64,000 nt of DNA. Source: Faecousia sp. (GTDB lineage: Bacteria; Bacillota; Clostridia; Oscillospirales; Oscillospiraceae). Each line of letters opens with the position of its first letter. Position 1 is the stretch's first letter. The translations under genes and the position numbers were made by a program. The notes under the pieces are model-generated. The model did not search any database. It saw nothing but the letters and a program-made list of their open reading frames with translations, and was not told the origin of the DNA. Below are positions 54,229-62,958 of this stretch, piece after piece. The DNA lies in contig JAZOQT010000067.1 in assembly GCA_045656245.1 (NCBI GenBank), forward strand, positions 17,609-81,608, read 5' to 3'.

Positions 54229-55275
54229 TTAGGCCTTGGGGGTTTCTTCCTTTTTTGCTTCCTCAACCTTTTCAATCTTGACCTTGTTCTGGTTATTGGT
54301 CTTGATGATATCCATCAGGATTGCCACAACCACGATGATACCGGTAAGCACATAGGTTACATAGGTGGAGTTCAGGCTGATGCCCAGCTTTGCCAGCACC
54401 ATGTTCAGACCGCTGCGGATAACCACCAGCAGAATTGCGCCGATGACAGAGCCGGATACGGAGGCAATGCCGCCGGCGGAAGAAGTGCCGCCGATGTAAA
54501 CGCCTGCGATGGCGTCCAGCTCCATGCCGTTACCGGTGGCGCAGGAGATGGTGGGGAAGGCTGCGGAGTAGAAGATGGCGGCGATGCCGCAGAACAGACC
54601 GGCGAAGGTATATGCGAAAATCTTGTAGTTGTCGGTGTTGATACCGGACAGGCGGGTGGCCTCCTCGTTGGAGCCGATGGCCAGAATGTAACGGCCGATC
54701 TTGTTCTTGTACATCAGATACATGCAAATCAGCATCAAACCGATGGCCCAGAACAGGCCTACGGGAATGGCGCTGATATTGCCAATGGACAGGCTGGAGA
54801 AGGTCTTGTTATACCATGTGCCGGTGGGGAAGAAGATGTTGGGAACCTCGGCAAGCAGAGCAGACAGACCGCGGGATACCATCATGGTGCCCAGGGTCGC
54901 GATAAATGCGGGAATCTTCAGCTTGGCGACCATCAGACCGTTGAGCAGGCCGCACAGAGTGCCGATTGCCATCATTACGGGAATGGTAGCCCACAGGGGA
55001 ATGATGCCCATGGTGTACAGCTTACCGGCAAGAACCGCAGAAGCGATGGTAACCGTACCCAGAGAAAGGTCGATACCGCCGGTGGCGATAACGAAGGTAA
55101 CGCCCAGACCCATTACAGCATAGGGGGTAAAGTTCTGAATCATACTCAGAATCATGTACTTATCTCGAATCAGGTTGGGGTTAACCAGGCTGAATACGCC
55201 CAACAGTACCACCGTTGCCATGAGCATAATGATATTCTGCTGAAGCTTAAAAGGTTTTTTGTTGTTCAATTTCAT
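54229..55275 (-). CDS. Sugar ABC transporter permease (RbsC-like)
   Basis: GGIDLS, PAFIATLG, A.GSNEEATRLSG, ELDAIA...IGG. Confidence 0.92.
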   Translation of the reverse strand: MKLNNKKPFKLQQNIIMLMATVVLLGVFSLVNPNLIRDKYMILSMIQNFTPYAVMGLGVTFVIATGGIDLSLGTVTIASAVLAGKLYTMGIIPLWATIPVMMAIGTLCGLLNGLMVAKLKIPAFIATLGTMMVSRGLSALLAEVPNIFFPTGTWYNKTFSSLSIGNISAIPVGLFWAIGLMLICMYLMYKNKIGRYILAIGSNEEATRLSGINTDNYKIFAYTFAGLFCGIAAIFYSAAFPTISCATGNGMELDAIAGVYIGGTSSAGGIASVSGSVIGAILLVVIRSGLNMVLAKLGISLNSTYVTYVLTGIIVVVAILMDIIKTNNQNKVKIEKVEEAKKEETPKA

Positions 55276-55299
55276 TGTTTTCAATCCCTTTCCTTACTA

Positions 55300-56793
55300 T
55301 CACTCACGCATGGTAGCGTATTTCATAATTTCTTCCTGGGTGGCGTCTGCAATGTCCAGCTCGCCGGTGATGCGGCCCTCGCACATAACGATGACCCGGT
55401 CGCTCAAACGCTGAATCTCTGCCAGCTCCGAGGAAATCATGATGACGGACTTGCCCTTGGAGGCCAAATCTTCCATCAGCGTGTACATCTCGCTCTTGGC
55501 GCCTACGTCAATGCCGCGGGTGGGCTCGTCAAAAATGAAGATGTCGCAGTTCTTGATGAGCCAGCGGGCGATGATAACCTTCTGCTGGTTGCCGCCGGAC
55601 AGGTTTTTCAGCAGCTGCTCCATAGAGGGGGTCTTGGTGCGCAGCAGCGCGTTGGTTTGTGCAGACACCTTGGCGATTTCCTTGTCGTTAATCCAGCCTG
55701 CGTGAATAAAATTGTCAATAGAAGCGATGGCGGAGTTCTCTGCCACGGACTTGCCCAGCATCAGACCGTAACGCTTGCGGTCCTCGGACAGGTAACAGAT
55801 GCCGTTTTTAACCGCATGCTCGGGAGTCTTGATTTTGGTGAGCTTACCGTTTATGTAGATCTCACCGGTTTGCTTGGGGTCAGCGCCGTAAAGGGCGCGG
55901 GCAACTTCGGTACGGCCGGCGCCCATCAGGCCTGCAAAGCCCAGAATTTCGCCTCTGCGCAGCCGGAAGCTGACGTTCTTGACTTCTTTGCCTGCGTTCA
56001 GGTGCTTGACCTCCAATACCACAGGAGCGTCGGCAGGAACGGCGGAGGCTTCTTTCTTGTCGCCCATAATCACACGGCCAACCATCATTTTTACGATGTC
56101 GTCCTTGGTAACATCACAGGTGTTCACGGTGCCTACATACTCGCCGTCCCGCATGACGGTAACCCGGTCGGAAATCCGGTTGATTTCGTCCATACGGTGG
56201 GAGATGTAAATCATGCCGATGCCTTTTTCCTTCAGCTCCCGCATAATTTTGAACAGTTCTTCTACCTCCGGCTGGGTCAGCGCGGCGGTGGGCTCGTCCA
56301 ACACCAGAAGCTTGCAGTCCCGGGAAATGGCCTTGGCAATTTCCACCATCTGCTGCTTACCGACGGTCAGTTCACCCAAGTTAATGGTGGGGTCAATCTT
56401 TACGCCGATTTTCTCAAACAGAGCCAGGGAGTCGGCAATCATCTTTTTGTCGTCCAGCATAACGCCCTTCTTGGGTTCGCGGCCGATGAAGATGTTTTGG
56501 GCAACGGTCAGGTGGTTCATCATATTCAGTTCCTGGTGAACAACGCTGATGCCGGCTGCCTGGGATTCGGCAATATTATGGAAATTTACTTCTTCACCGA
56601 AATACTCCACGCTGCCGCCGTCTCTTTTATGGATACCGCAAAGGACTTTAATCAATGTAGACTTACCGGCGCCGTTTTCACCCATCAGCGCGTGAACCTC
56701 GCCGGCCTTCAGCTCAAAATCGACGCCCTTGAGCGCATGCACGCCGGAGAAGTATTTCTGAATGCCTTGCATTTTCAGAATAATTTCGCCCAT
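55300..56793 (-). CDS. Sugar ABC transporter ATP-binding protein (RbsA/MglA-like)
   Basis: GENGAGKS, LDEPT, LSGGNQQK, DEPTRGIDVGAK. Confidence 0.94.
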   Translation of the reverse strand: MGEIILKMQGIQKYFSGVHALKGVDFELKAGEVHALMGENGAGKSTLIKVLCGIHKRDGGSVEYFGEEVNFHNIAESQAAGISVVHQELNMMNHLTVAQNIFIGREPKKGVMLDDKKMIADSLALFEKIGVKIDPTINLGELTVGKQQMVEIAKAISRDCKLLVLDEPTAALTQPEVEELFKIMRELKEKGIGMIYISHRMDEINRISDRVTVMRDGEYVGTVNTCDVTKDDIVKMMVGRVIMGDKKEASAVPADAPVVLEVKHLNAGKEVKNVSFRLRRGEILGFAGLMGAGRTEVARALYGADPKQTGEIYINGKLTKIKTPEHAVKNGICYLSEDRKRYGLMLGKSVAENSAIASIDNFIHAGWINDKEIAKVSAQTNALLRTKTPSMEQLLKNLSGGNQQKVIIARWLIKNCDIFIFDEPTRGIDVGAKSEMYTLMEDLASKGKSVIMISSELAEIQRLSDRVIVMCEGRITGELDIADATQEEIMKYATMRE

Positions 56794-56890
56794 TAAAACA
56801 TCACCTTTCATAAATCGAACTTCTTCCAAAAACGGCATTTCAGGAAAACGGCGAATGGCAGTTTTTTCCTATTTGCCGTCATGCACAAAC

Positions 56891-56907
56891 GCGAAACGAT
56901 ACGCGTA
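56891..56907. promoter_or_regulatory. Putative LacI operator (ABC leader)
   Basis: GCGAAACGATACGCGTA, near-identical to 57131-57147; pseudo-palindrome with a central CG. Confidence 0.6.
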
Positions 56908-57005
56908 TACACATTGCACAGAAGATGGGAAACTTCGACGGATTTCATGGCCAAATCTTCGTGAATATGCACGAAGCACAGGGTTGAAAGCCGCTCCATG
57001 CCTAT

Positions 57006-57085
57006 ACTATAATCAACTTTGCCCAAAAAATCAAGACATTTTTTAAAAAATTTGTATTGACAGCACAATTTTGTTTTTGTATTAT
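57006..57085. promoter_or_regulatory. Divergent SigA promoters (ABC operon and lacI-family gene)
   Basis: Minus strand TTGATT-17-TATAGT (57006-57034); plus strand TTGACA-17-TATTAT (57057-57085). Confidence 0.65.
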
Positions 57086-57130
57086 AAATATGAAGGATTT
57101 CAGCCCGTAAGGGGGAAGTTGTCGTAAAAG

Positions 57131-57147
57131 GCGAAACGGTTCGCGTA
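57131..57147. promoter_or_regulatory. Putative LacI operator (autoregulation)
   Basis: GCGAAACGGTTCGCGTA, just upstream of the regulator RBS. Confidence 0.65.
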
Positions 57148-57161
57148 TTTTGGGAGGAAAA

Positions 57162-58151
57162 ATGGCGACGATTAAGGATGTGGCTCGACTGGCGGGGGTT
57201 TCCGTCTCCACGGTATCCAAGTACATAAACGGCGGCCATGTTCGCATGGAGAATGTGGAGCCGATTCGTTCTGCCATCGCCCAGCTGGATTTTCGGGCGA
57301 ATCCCTTTGCCCGCAGCCTGAAAATGCAGCGCAGCCGTTCCATTGGTATACTGCTTCCGGATATGGCCGCGCCCTTCTACGGAGCGGTGCTTACCGTGCT
57401 GGACAAATGCCTGCGGGAGCAGGGCTTTCACACGCTGATTTCCTGTTACGGCTCCGACCACGGTCTGGAACGGGAGAATTTGAGCTTTCTCATTACCAAC
57501 GGCATTGAGGGACTTGTATACATTCCGGAGGATTTGACCGCTGAGGAATTTTATGAGCTGACGGCAAATTTCAGCATTCCCATGGTCCAGGTGGACCGGA
57601 TGATTCAAGGTGTGGACGGGGATGCGGTGCTGGTAAACAATACCGACGCGGTGTACGAGGCGGTGAATCAGCTGCTGGGCAGAGGTCATCGGCGGGTGGC
57701 CCTGATAACCGGTCCGAAATCCGTGTTCACTGCCAAGGAGCGGCAGGTGGGTTATCTGCGGGCCTTAAGCGACTACGGTATTCTGTACGACGATGCCCTG
57801 GTTATCAGTGATGAAAACAATTTTGCCACCGGCTACCGGGGCTTCTCTGCTTTGATGGAGCAGGAGGACCGGCCTACGGCAGTTTTCACCACCAATTACG
57901 ATATTACCATGGGCTTGATTACCGCTGCCCGGGAGCAGGGAGTGCAAATTCCCCAGGAGCTGGACATTTTCGGCTTCGACTGTGTGGAAGTTTGCTCCAT
58001 GATGCACCCGCCGCTGCCGGTGGTGCATCAGCCGGAGCAGGAAATTGCCCAGACCGCCGCAAATTATCTCATTGAGCGACTGGAGGGGTATACCGGACCG
58101 TCCCGGATTACCCGACTGGAATGCAGCCTGGCGGCAAAAAAGAGTGTGTAA
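57162..58151 (+). CDS. LacI-family transcriptional regulator
   Basis: TIKDVARLAGVSVSTVS, N..ARSL, sugar-binding domain ending ..FGFD...P.L..V.QP. Confidence 0.95.
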   Translation: MATIKDVARLAGVSVSTVSKYINGGHVRMENVEPIRSAIAQLDFRANPFARSLKMQRSRSIGILLPDMAAPFYGAVLTVLDKCLREQGFHTLISCYGSDHGLERENLSFLITNGIEGLVYIPEDLTAEEFYELTANFSIPMVQVDRMIQGVDGDAVLVNNTDAVYEAVNQLLGRGHRRVALITGPKSVFTAKERQVGYLRALSDYGILYDDALVISDENNFATGYRGFSALMEQEDRPTAVFTTNYDITMGLITAAREQGVQIPQELDIFGFDCVEVCSMMHPPLPVVHQPEQEIAQTAANYLIERLEGYTGPSRITRLECSLAAKKSV

Positions 58152-58225
58152 AGGCGTAAGAACGCTTTTATATATAATAATGTAATGAAACCGCAGAAAT
58201 TGCGGAGATTGAGGAGGAAATATTT

Positions 58226-60055
58226 ATGGCAAAAAATAGATATGTGGGCGATTATCCCGTAATCGGCATTCGTCCCATCGTTGACGGCCGCCGTGGCCCC
58301 CAGATGATGCGTGAGTCCCTGGAGCCCCTGGTATGGGCAATGGCAGAGGCTGCAAAGAAGCTGTTTGAGGAGAATCTGTTCTACTCCAACGGCGAGCCTG
58401 TTAAGGTTGTTATGGCAGATACCTGCATCGGACGTGTACCCGAGGCGGCTGCCTGCGCGGACAAGTTTAAGAAGGAAGGCGTGTCCGTAACGCTGTCCGT
58501 TACTCCCTGCTGGTGCTACGGCAGCGAGACCATGGATATGGATCCGCACACCATCAAGGGCGTTTGGGGCTTCAACGGCACCGAGCGTCCCGGCGCTGTG
58601 TATCTGGCAGCGGTTTTGGCCGGCCATGCACAGAAGGGTCTGCCTGCTTTTGGTATCTACGGCCACGAGGTGCAGGACCGGGATCAGGTTACCCAGATTC
58701 CCGAAGATGTGAAGGAAAAGCTGCTGCGGTTCGGCCGCGCTGCTGTTGCTGTGGCTACCATGCGTGGCAAGAGCTACCTGCAGATTGGCTCCCAGTGCAT
58801 GGGTATTGCCGGTTCTATTATGGACCAGAGCATGATGGAAGAATACTTCGGTATGCGTGTTGAGTCCGTGGACGAGGTTGAAATCCTGCGCCGCATGGAA
58901 GAGGGCATCTACGACGAGGAAGCCTTCCAAAAGGCCCTGGCATGGACCAAGGAGCACTGCAAGGAAGGCCGGGACGATAACCCCGAGGAGGTTGAATTCC
59001 TGGGCGAAAAGGTTCGCATCAAGTTCACTCCCGAAGAGAAGGAAAAGCAGTGGGAGTTCACTGTTAAGATGTACTGCATTATCAAGGACCTGATGACCGG
59101 CAATCCCAATCTCTCCGATAAGTTCGAAGAAGAAAAGGTTGGCCACAACGCCATCGCCGGCGGCTTCCAGGGTCAGCGTCAGTGGACCGACCATTGGCCC
59201 AACTGCGATTACCCCGAAGCCCTGCTTTCCTCCACCTTTGACTATGAAGGCGCCCGTGAGCCCTACACCCTGGCTACCGAGAACGATATTCTCAACGGCA
59301 TGGGCATGCTGATGATGCGTCTGCTGACCCACCGCGCCCAGATTTTTGCCGACGTACGTACTTATTGGTCCGGCGAGGCCACCGAGCGTGTTACCGGCTA
59401 CAAGCTGGAGGGCAAGGCTGCAGAAAGTAACGGTATTATTCACCTGCTGAACTCCGGCGCTGCCTGTCTGGATGCTTCCGGCGTCTGCACCGACGAGAAT
59501 GGCCAGCCCACCATGAAGAAGTGGTGGGAGGTTACCGACGAGGATATCAAGAAGATGACCGAGGCCACTGTATGGTGTGAGGCCGGTCAGGACAACTTCC
59601 GCGGCGGCGGTTTCTCCAGCCACTACACCACCAAGGCAGAAATGCCCTGTACTATGATTCGTCTGAACCTGGTCAAGGGCCTGGGCCCCGTGCTGCAGAT
59701 TGCCGAGGGCTGGACCGTGAACCTGCCCGACCAGGTCTCCGACACGCTGATGGAGCGCACCAACCCCACTTGGCCCTGCACCTGGTTTGCACCTCGCTGC
59801 GACGGCAAGGAAGGTTCTCCCTTCAAGACTGCTTACGAGGTCATGATGAACTGGGGCGCCAACCACGGCGCTATCTCCTACGGCCACATCGGTGCTGACC
59901 TGATCACCATGTGCTCCATGCTGCGGATTCCCGTATGTATGCACAACGTTCCCGAGGACGATGTTTACCGTCCTGCCTGCTGGAATGCCTTCGGCATGGA
60001 CAAGGAAGGCCAGGACTACCGCGCCTGCGCCACCTACGGCCCTCTGTATAAGTAA
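58226..60055 (+). CDS. fucI: L-fucose isomerase
   Basis: IGIRP..DGRR, TPCWCYGSETMD, GFNGTERPGAVYL, GFQGQRQWTD, ATEND, ADVRTYWS, WGANH. Confidence 0.95.
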   Translation: MAKNRYVGDYPVIGIRPIVDGRRGPQMMRESLEPLVWAMAEAAKKLFEENLFYSNGEPVKVVMADTCIGRVPEAAACADKFKKEGVSVTLSVTPCWCYGSETMDMDPHTIKGVWGFNGTERPGAVYLAAVLAGHAQKGLPAFGIYGHEVQDRDQVTQIPEDVKEKLLRFGRAAVAVATMRGKSYLQIGSQCMGIAGSIMDQSMMEEYFGMRVESVDEVEILRRMEEGIYDEEAFQKALAWTKEHCKEGRDDNPEEVEFLGEKVRIKFTPEEKEKQWEFTVKMYCIIKDLMTGNPNLSDKFEEEKVGHNAIAGGFQGQRQWTDHWPNCDYPEALLSSTFDYEGAREPYTLATENDILNGMGMLMMRLLTHRAQIFADVRTYWSGEATERVTGYKLEGKAAESNGIIHLLNSGAACLDASGVCTDENGQPTMKKWWEVTDEDIKKMTEATVWCEAGQDNFRGGGFSSHYTTKAEMPCTMIRLNLVKGLGPVLQIAEGWTVNLPDQVSDTLMERTNPTWPCTWFAPRCDGKEGSPFKTAYEVMMNWGANHGAISYGHIGADLITMCSMLRIPVCMHNVPEDDVYRPACWNAFGMDKEGQDYRACATYGPLYK

Positions 60056-60065
60056 TTGACTTTGA

Positions 60066-60093
60066 AAGGTGGCGGTCGCAAGACCGCCACCTT
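60066..60093 (+). repeat. Perfect hairpin between fucI and fucU
   Basis: AAGGTGGCGGTC-gcaa-GACCGCCACCTT with no U tract. Confidence 0.7.
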
Positions 60094-60123
60094 CCCTAAA
60101 AACAGATTTTGGAGGTAATTCCT

Positions 60124-60570
60124 ATGCTGAAAAACATTCCCCCCATTCTGTCCCCGGAGCTGCTGAAGGTTCTGGCAGAAATGGGCCACTCTGACCGCAT
60201 CTGCATCGGCGACGGCAATTTCCCCGGCGCTGCAATGGCCAAGGCCAAAAATGCCATCTTCCTCCGGGCTGACGGCCACGGTGTCCCCGAAATTCTGGAC
60301 GCCATTTTGCAGGTATTTCCCCTGGATACTTATGTAGAAAAGCCTGCAATCCTTATGGAAAAGATGGATTGCGACAAGGATTTGGTCATCCCGGTATGGG
60401 ACGAATACAAGGCCATCATTGCCAAGTATGATGACCGTGGCGCTGCTTGCGTCGGCAACATTGACCGCTTTGAGTTCTACGACGAAGCAAAGGACTGCTA
60501 CTGTATCCTCCAAACCGGAGAAACCGCAATCTATGCCAATATTATCCTGCAGAAGGGTGTTATCAAGTAA
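60124..60570 (+). CDS. fucU: L-fucose mutarotase (RbsD/FucU family)
   Basis: MLKNIPPILSPELLKVLAEMGH.D.I.IGDGNFP, RFEFY, YANIILQKGV. Confidence 0.9.
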   Translation: MLKNIPPILSPELLKVLAEMGHSDRICIGDGNFPGAAMAKAKNAIFLRADGHGVPEILDAILQVFPLDTYVEKPAILMEKMDCDKDLVIPVWDEYKAIIAKYDDRGAACVGNIDRFEFYDEAKDCYCILQTGETAIYANIILQKGVIK

Positions 60571-60573
60571 GCC

Positions 60574-61500
60574 GTGGATAAACTGATTGCCGTTCTGGAA
60601 ACGGCGCTTCCGGTATTTATCGCGCTGGCGCTGGGTGTGTTTTGCCGCAGAACCGGCTTCCTTACCCGGGACGGGGTGGACACCCTGAAAAAGGTAGTGG
60701 TGAATTTAACCCTGCCTGCGGTGCTGATCAACGCCTTTGCCACTGCCCAGTACAGCGCCTCCACCATTGCTGTGCCTGTGGTGGTGTATGTGGTGTGTAC
60801 CCTGGCTTTGGGGCTGGGATTTTTGATAGTGAAGCTGCTGGGCATGAACAGCCGTTTGGCGCCGTTTTTGGCCTCCGGTTTCGAGGCGGGCATGCTGGGC
60901 TATGCGTTGTTTGCTTTGCTGTTCCGGGATGAGAGCATTTCCAGTCTTGCCGTCATCGACATTGGACATACCTTGTTTGTGTTCACCATTTACAAGATTT
61001 TGCTCATGGGCAAAACCGATTGGAAAGCCATCGGCAAGGACCTGATTACCACGCCTATTTTGTGGGCGGTGTTCATCGGCGTGCTGATTGGCGCCACGGG
61101 ACTGTACGGTGTTATGGAGAAGGCCGGTGTCAGCGGTATTTTGAACGGGGTTACCGATTTCGTTTCTGCGCCTACCGCCATGATTATTCTACTGACGGTG
61201 GGCTACGATTTGGTGCTGAAGGAAATTCCCTGGAAGCGGACTGCCGGCTTGCTGGTAATGCGGCTTTTCGTCATGACGCTGGTGGTGGTTGTGCTGGCGC
61301 TGATTAACCGCACCCTGCTGAACAATATCATGTTTGAGGGAGCAATTTTGCTGATGTGCATTTTGCCGCCGCCCTATGTGATTCCCGTGTTCGCCGATGA
61401 GCCGGGAGAACGGGTGCAGATTTCCTCGGCGCTGTCTGCCATGACCCTGATGACCATGGTGCTGTTCATGATTTGCTCTGTGGTGCTGGGTGTTTCTTAA
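60574..61500 (+). CDS. AEC (auxin efflux carrier) family permease
   Basis: About 10 TM helices; NLTLPA, G.LGY; two-repeat architecture. Confidence 0.75.
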   Translation: MDKLIAVLETALPVFIALALGVFCRRTGFLTRDGVDTLKKVVVNLTLPAVLINAFATAQYSASTIAVPVVVYVVCTLALGLGFLIVKLLGMNSRLAPFLASGFEAGMLGYALFALLFRDESISSLAVIDIGHTLFVFTIYKILLMGKTDWKAIGKDLITTPILWAVFIGVLIGATGLYGVMEKAGVSGILNGVTDFVSAPTAMIILLTVGYDLVLKEIPWKRTAGLLVMRLFVMTLVVVVLALINRTLLNNIMFEGAILLMCILPPPYVIPVFADEPGERVQISSALSAMTLMTMVLFMICSVVLGVS

Positions 61501-61507
61501 AATACGG

Positions 61508-61538
61508 AAAATGCTCCTCGCAAGAGGAGCATTTTTTT
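61508..61538 (+). terminator. Rho-independent terminator
   Basis: AAAATGCTCCTC-gcaa-GAGGAGCATTTTTTT. Confidence 0.85.
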
Positions 61539-61585
61539 GTGGTATTTTTCCTGTATATGTGCTACAATAGCACCGGAATGGAGGT

Positions 61586-62902
61586 ATGGCTATGGAAAAA
61601 ATGCTTACTATGAACGGAAAGCTGTGTGCCTGCGGAAAGCGGCACTGCTTTGACGGACAGATTGTCAGCGGTAAGGGCGTGCTGACCGAGTTGCCCCGGC
61701 TTTTGCAGGCCTTGCATATCACCAGACCCTATGTACTGATGGACGGAAATACCCGCCGCGCTGCAGGGGAGCGGGTGCTGGAGCTGTTGCAAAGCAGCGG
61801 CTTTGAAGCGGTATCCTATTGCTATCTTCAGGACACCGTTGTTCCCGATGAACACAGCGTGGGCAGCGCGGCAATGCACTATGACAGCAGCTGCGACGGT
61901 ATCATTGCCGTGGGCTCCGGCGTACTCAATGACATTGGAAAAATCATCAGCAATCTGACGGAAAAACCCTATCTGCTGGTGGCCACCGCCCCGTCTATGG
62001 ACGGCTATGCCTCCGCAACCTCCTCCATGACACGCAGCGGTCTGAAGGTTTCTCTTCCCAGCCGCAGCGCAGACGTGGTTGTGGGGGACACGGACATTTT
62101 GCGGAAAGCGCCGCTGAAAATGCGAAAATCCGGCCTGGGGGATATGCTTGCAAAGTATGTCGCCCTTTGCGAGTGGCGGATTTCCCATGTGGTAACGGGG
62201 GAATACTACTGCCCCGAGATTGCGGATTTGGTGCGCAGCGCGTTGAACCGGTGTGTTTCCCACGCCCAGGGACTTCTCAACGGGGAGGAACAGGCGGTGC
62301 AGGCGGTGTTTGAGGGGCTGACCATCAGCGGCATTGCCATGAATTATGCGGGGCTGTCCCGTCCTGCTTCCGGAGCGGAGCATTATGTGTCCCATGTGGT
62401 GGATATGCGCGCCGCCGCGCTGGGAACGCCGGAGGATTTTCACGGGATCCAGTGCGCTGTGGGCACTTTTCAGGTGGTAAAGCTGTACGAAAAGCTGAAA
62501 GCCCTTACCCCCGATAGGGAAAAAGCCCTGGCCTATACCGGAAGTTTTTCTTATGATGCCTGGTCGAAGGAGCTGAAAGCCCTTTTGGGAAGCGGCGCGG
62601 ACAGCATGATTGCCCTGGAAGCAAAAGAGGGAAAATACGACCTTGCAAAGCACAGGGCGCGGCTGGAAATTCTCCTGACGCATTGGCGGGAGATTTTGCA
62701 AATCATGGAAGAGGAGCTGCCCTCTGCTGCAGAATTGGAGCAGCTTTTGGATGCCGTGGGGATTCCCAAAACCCTGGGGGAAATCGGAACAGCCGATGAA
62801 CTGTTCCCTGTGATTTTCAAAGCCACCAAGGACATTCGCAACAAATACGTGCTGTCCCATCTGGCGTGGGACCTGGGGGTCTTGGAGGACCTGCTGAAAT
62901 AA
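61586..62902 (+). CDS. sn-glycerol-1-phosphate dehydrogenase family protein (AraM/EgsA-like)
   Basis: CACGKRH, AVGSGVLNDIGK, TAPSMDGYAS, GDMLAKY, SRPASGAEH..SH, HG.QC. Confidence 0.87.
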   Translation: MAMEKMLTMNGKLCACGKRHCFDGQIVSGKGVLTELPRLLQALHITRPYVLMDGNTRRAAGERVLELLQSSGFEAVSYCYLQDTVVPDEHSVGSAAMHYDSSCDGIIAVGSGVLNDIGKIISNLTEKPYLLVATAPSMDGYASATSSMTRSGLKVSLPSRSADVVVGDTDILRKAPLKMRKSGLGDMLAKYVALCEWRISHVVTGEYYCPEIADLVRSALNRCVSHAQGLLNGEEQAVQAVFEGLTISGIAMNYAGLSRPASGAEHYVSHVVDMRAAALGTPEDFHGIQCAVGTFQVVKLYEKLKALTPDREKALAYTGSFSYDAWSKELKALLGSGADSMIALEAKEGKYDLAKHRARLEILLTHWREILQIMEEELPSAAELEQLLDAVGIPKTLGEIGTADELFPVIFKATKDIRNKYVLSHLAWDLGVLEDLLK

Positions 62903-62907
62903 CAAGA

Positions 62908-62939
62908 AATCCCGGTTCGCCGCAAGGCGAACCGGGATT
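62908..62939. terminator. Bidirectional terminator hairpin
   Basis: AATCCCGGTTCGCC-gcaa-GGCGAACCGGGATT between convergent genes. Confidence 0.75.
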
Positions 62940-62958
62940 ATTTCATGTGTGTTTACGG

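Noticed and set aside
54199-56796. 865-aa plus-strand ORF, and similar long antisense ORFs at 20061-22052, 48907-50880, 58064-59944 and 7693-9345
   Set aside because: They mirror well-supported genes on the opposite strand, have no recognisable motifs, and are expected from codon bias that leaves few stops in the antisense frame.
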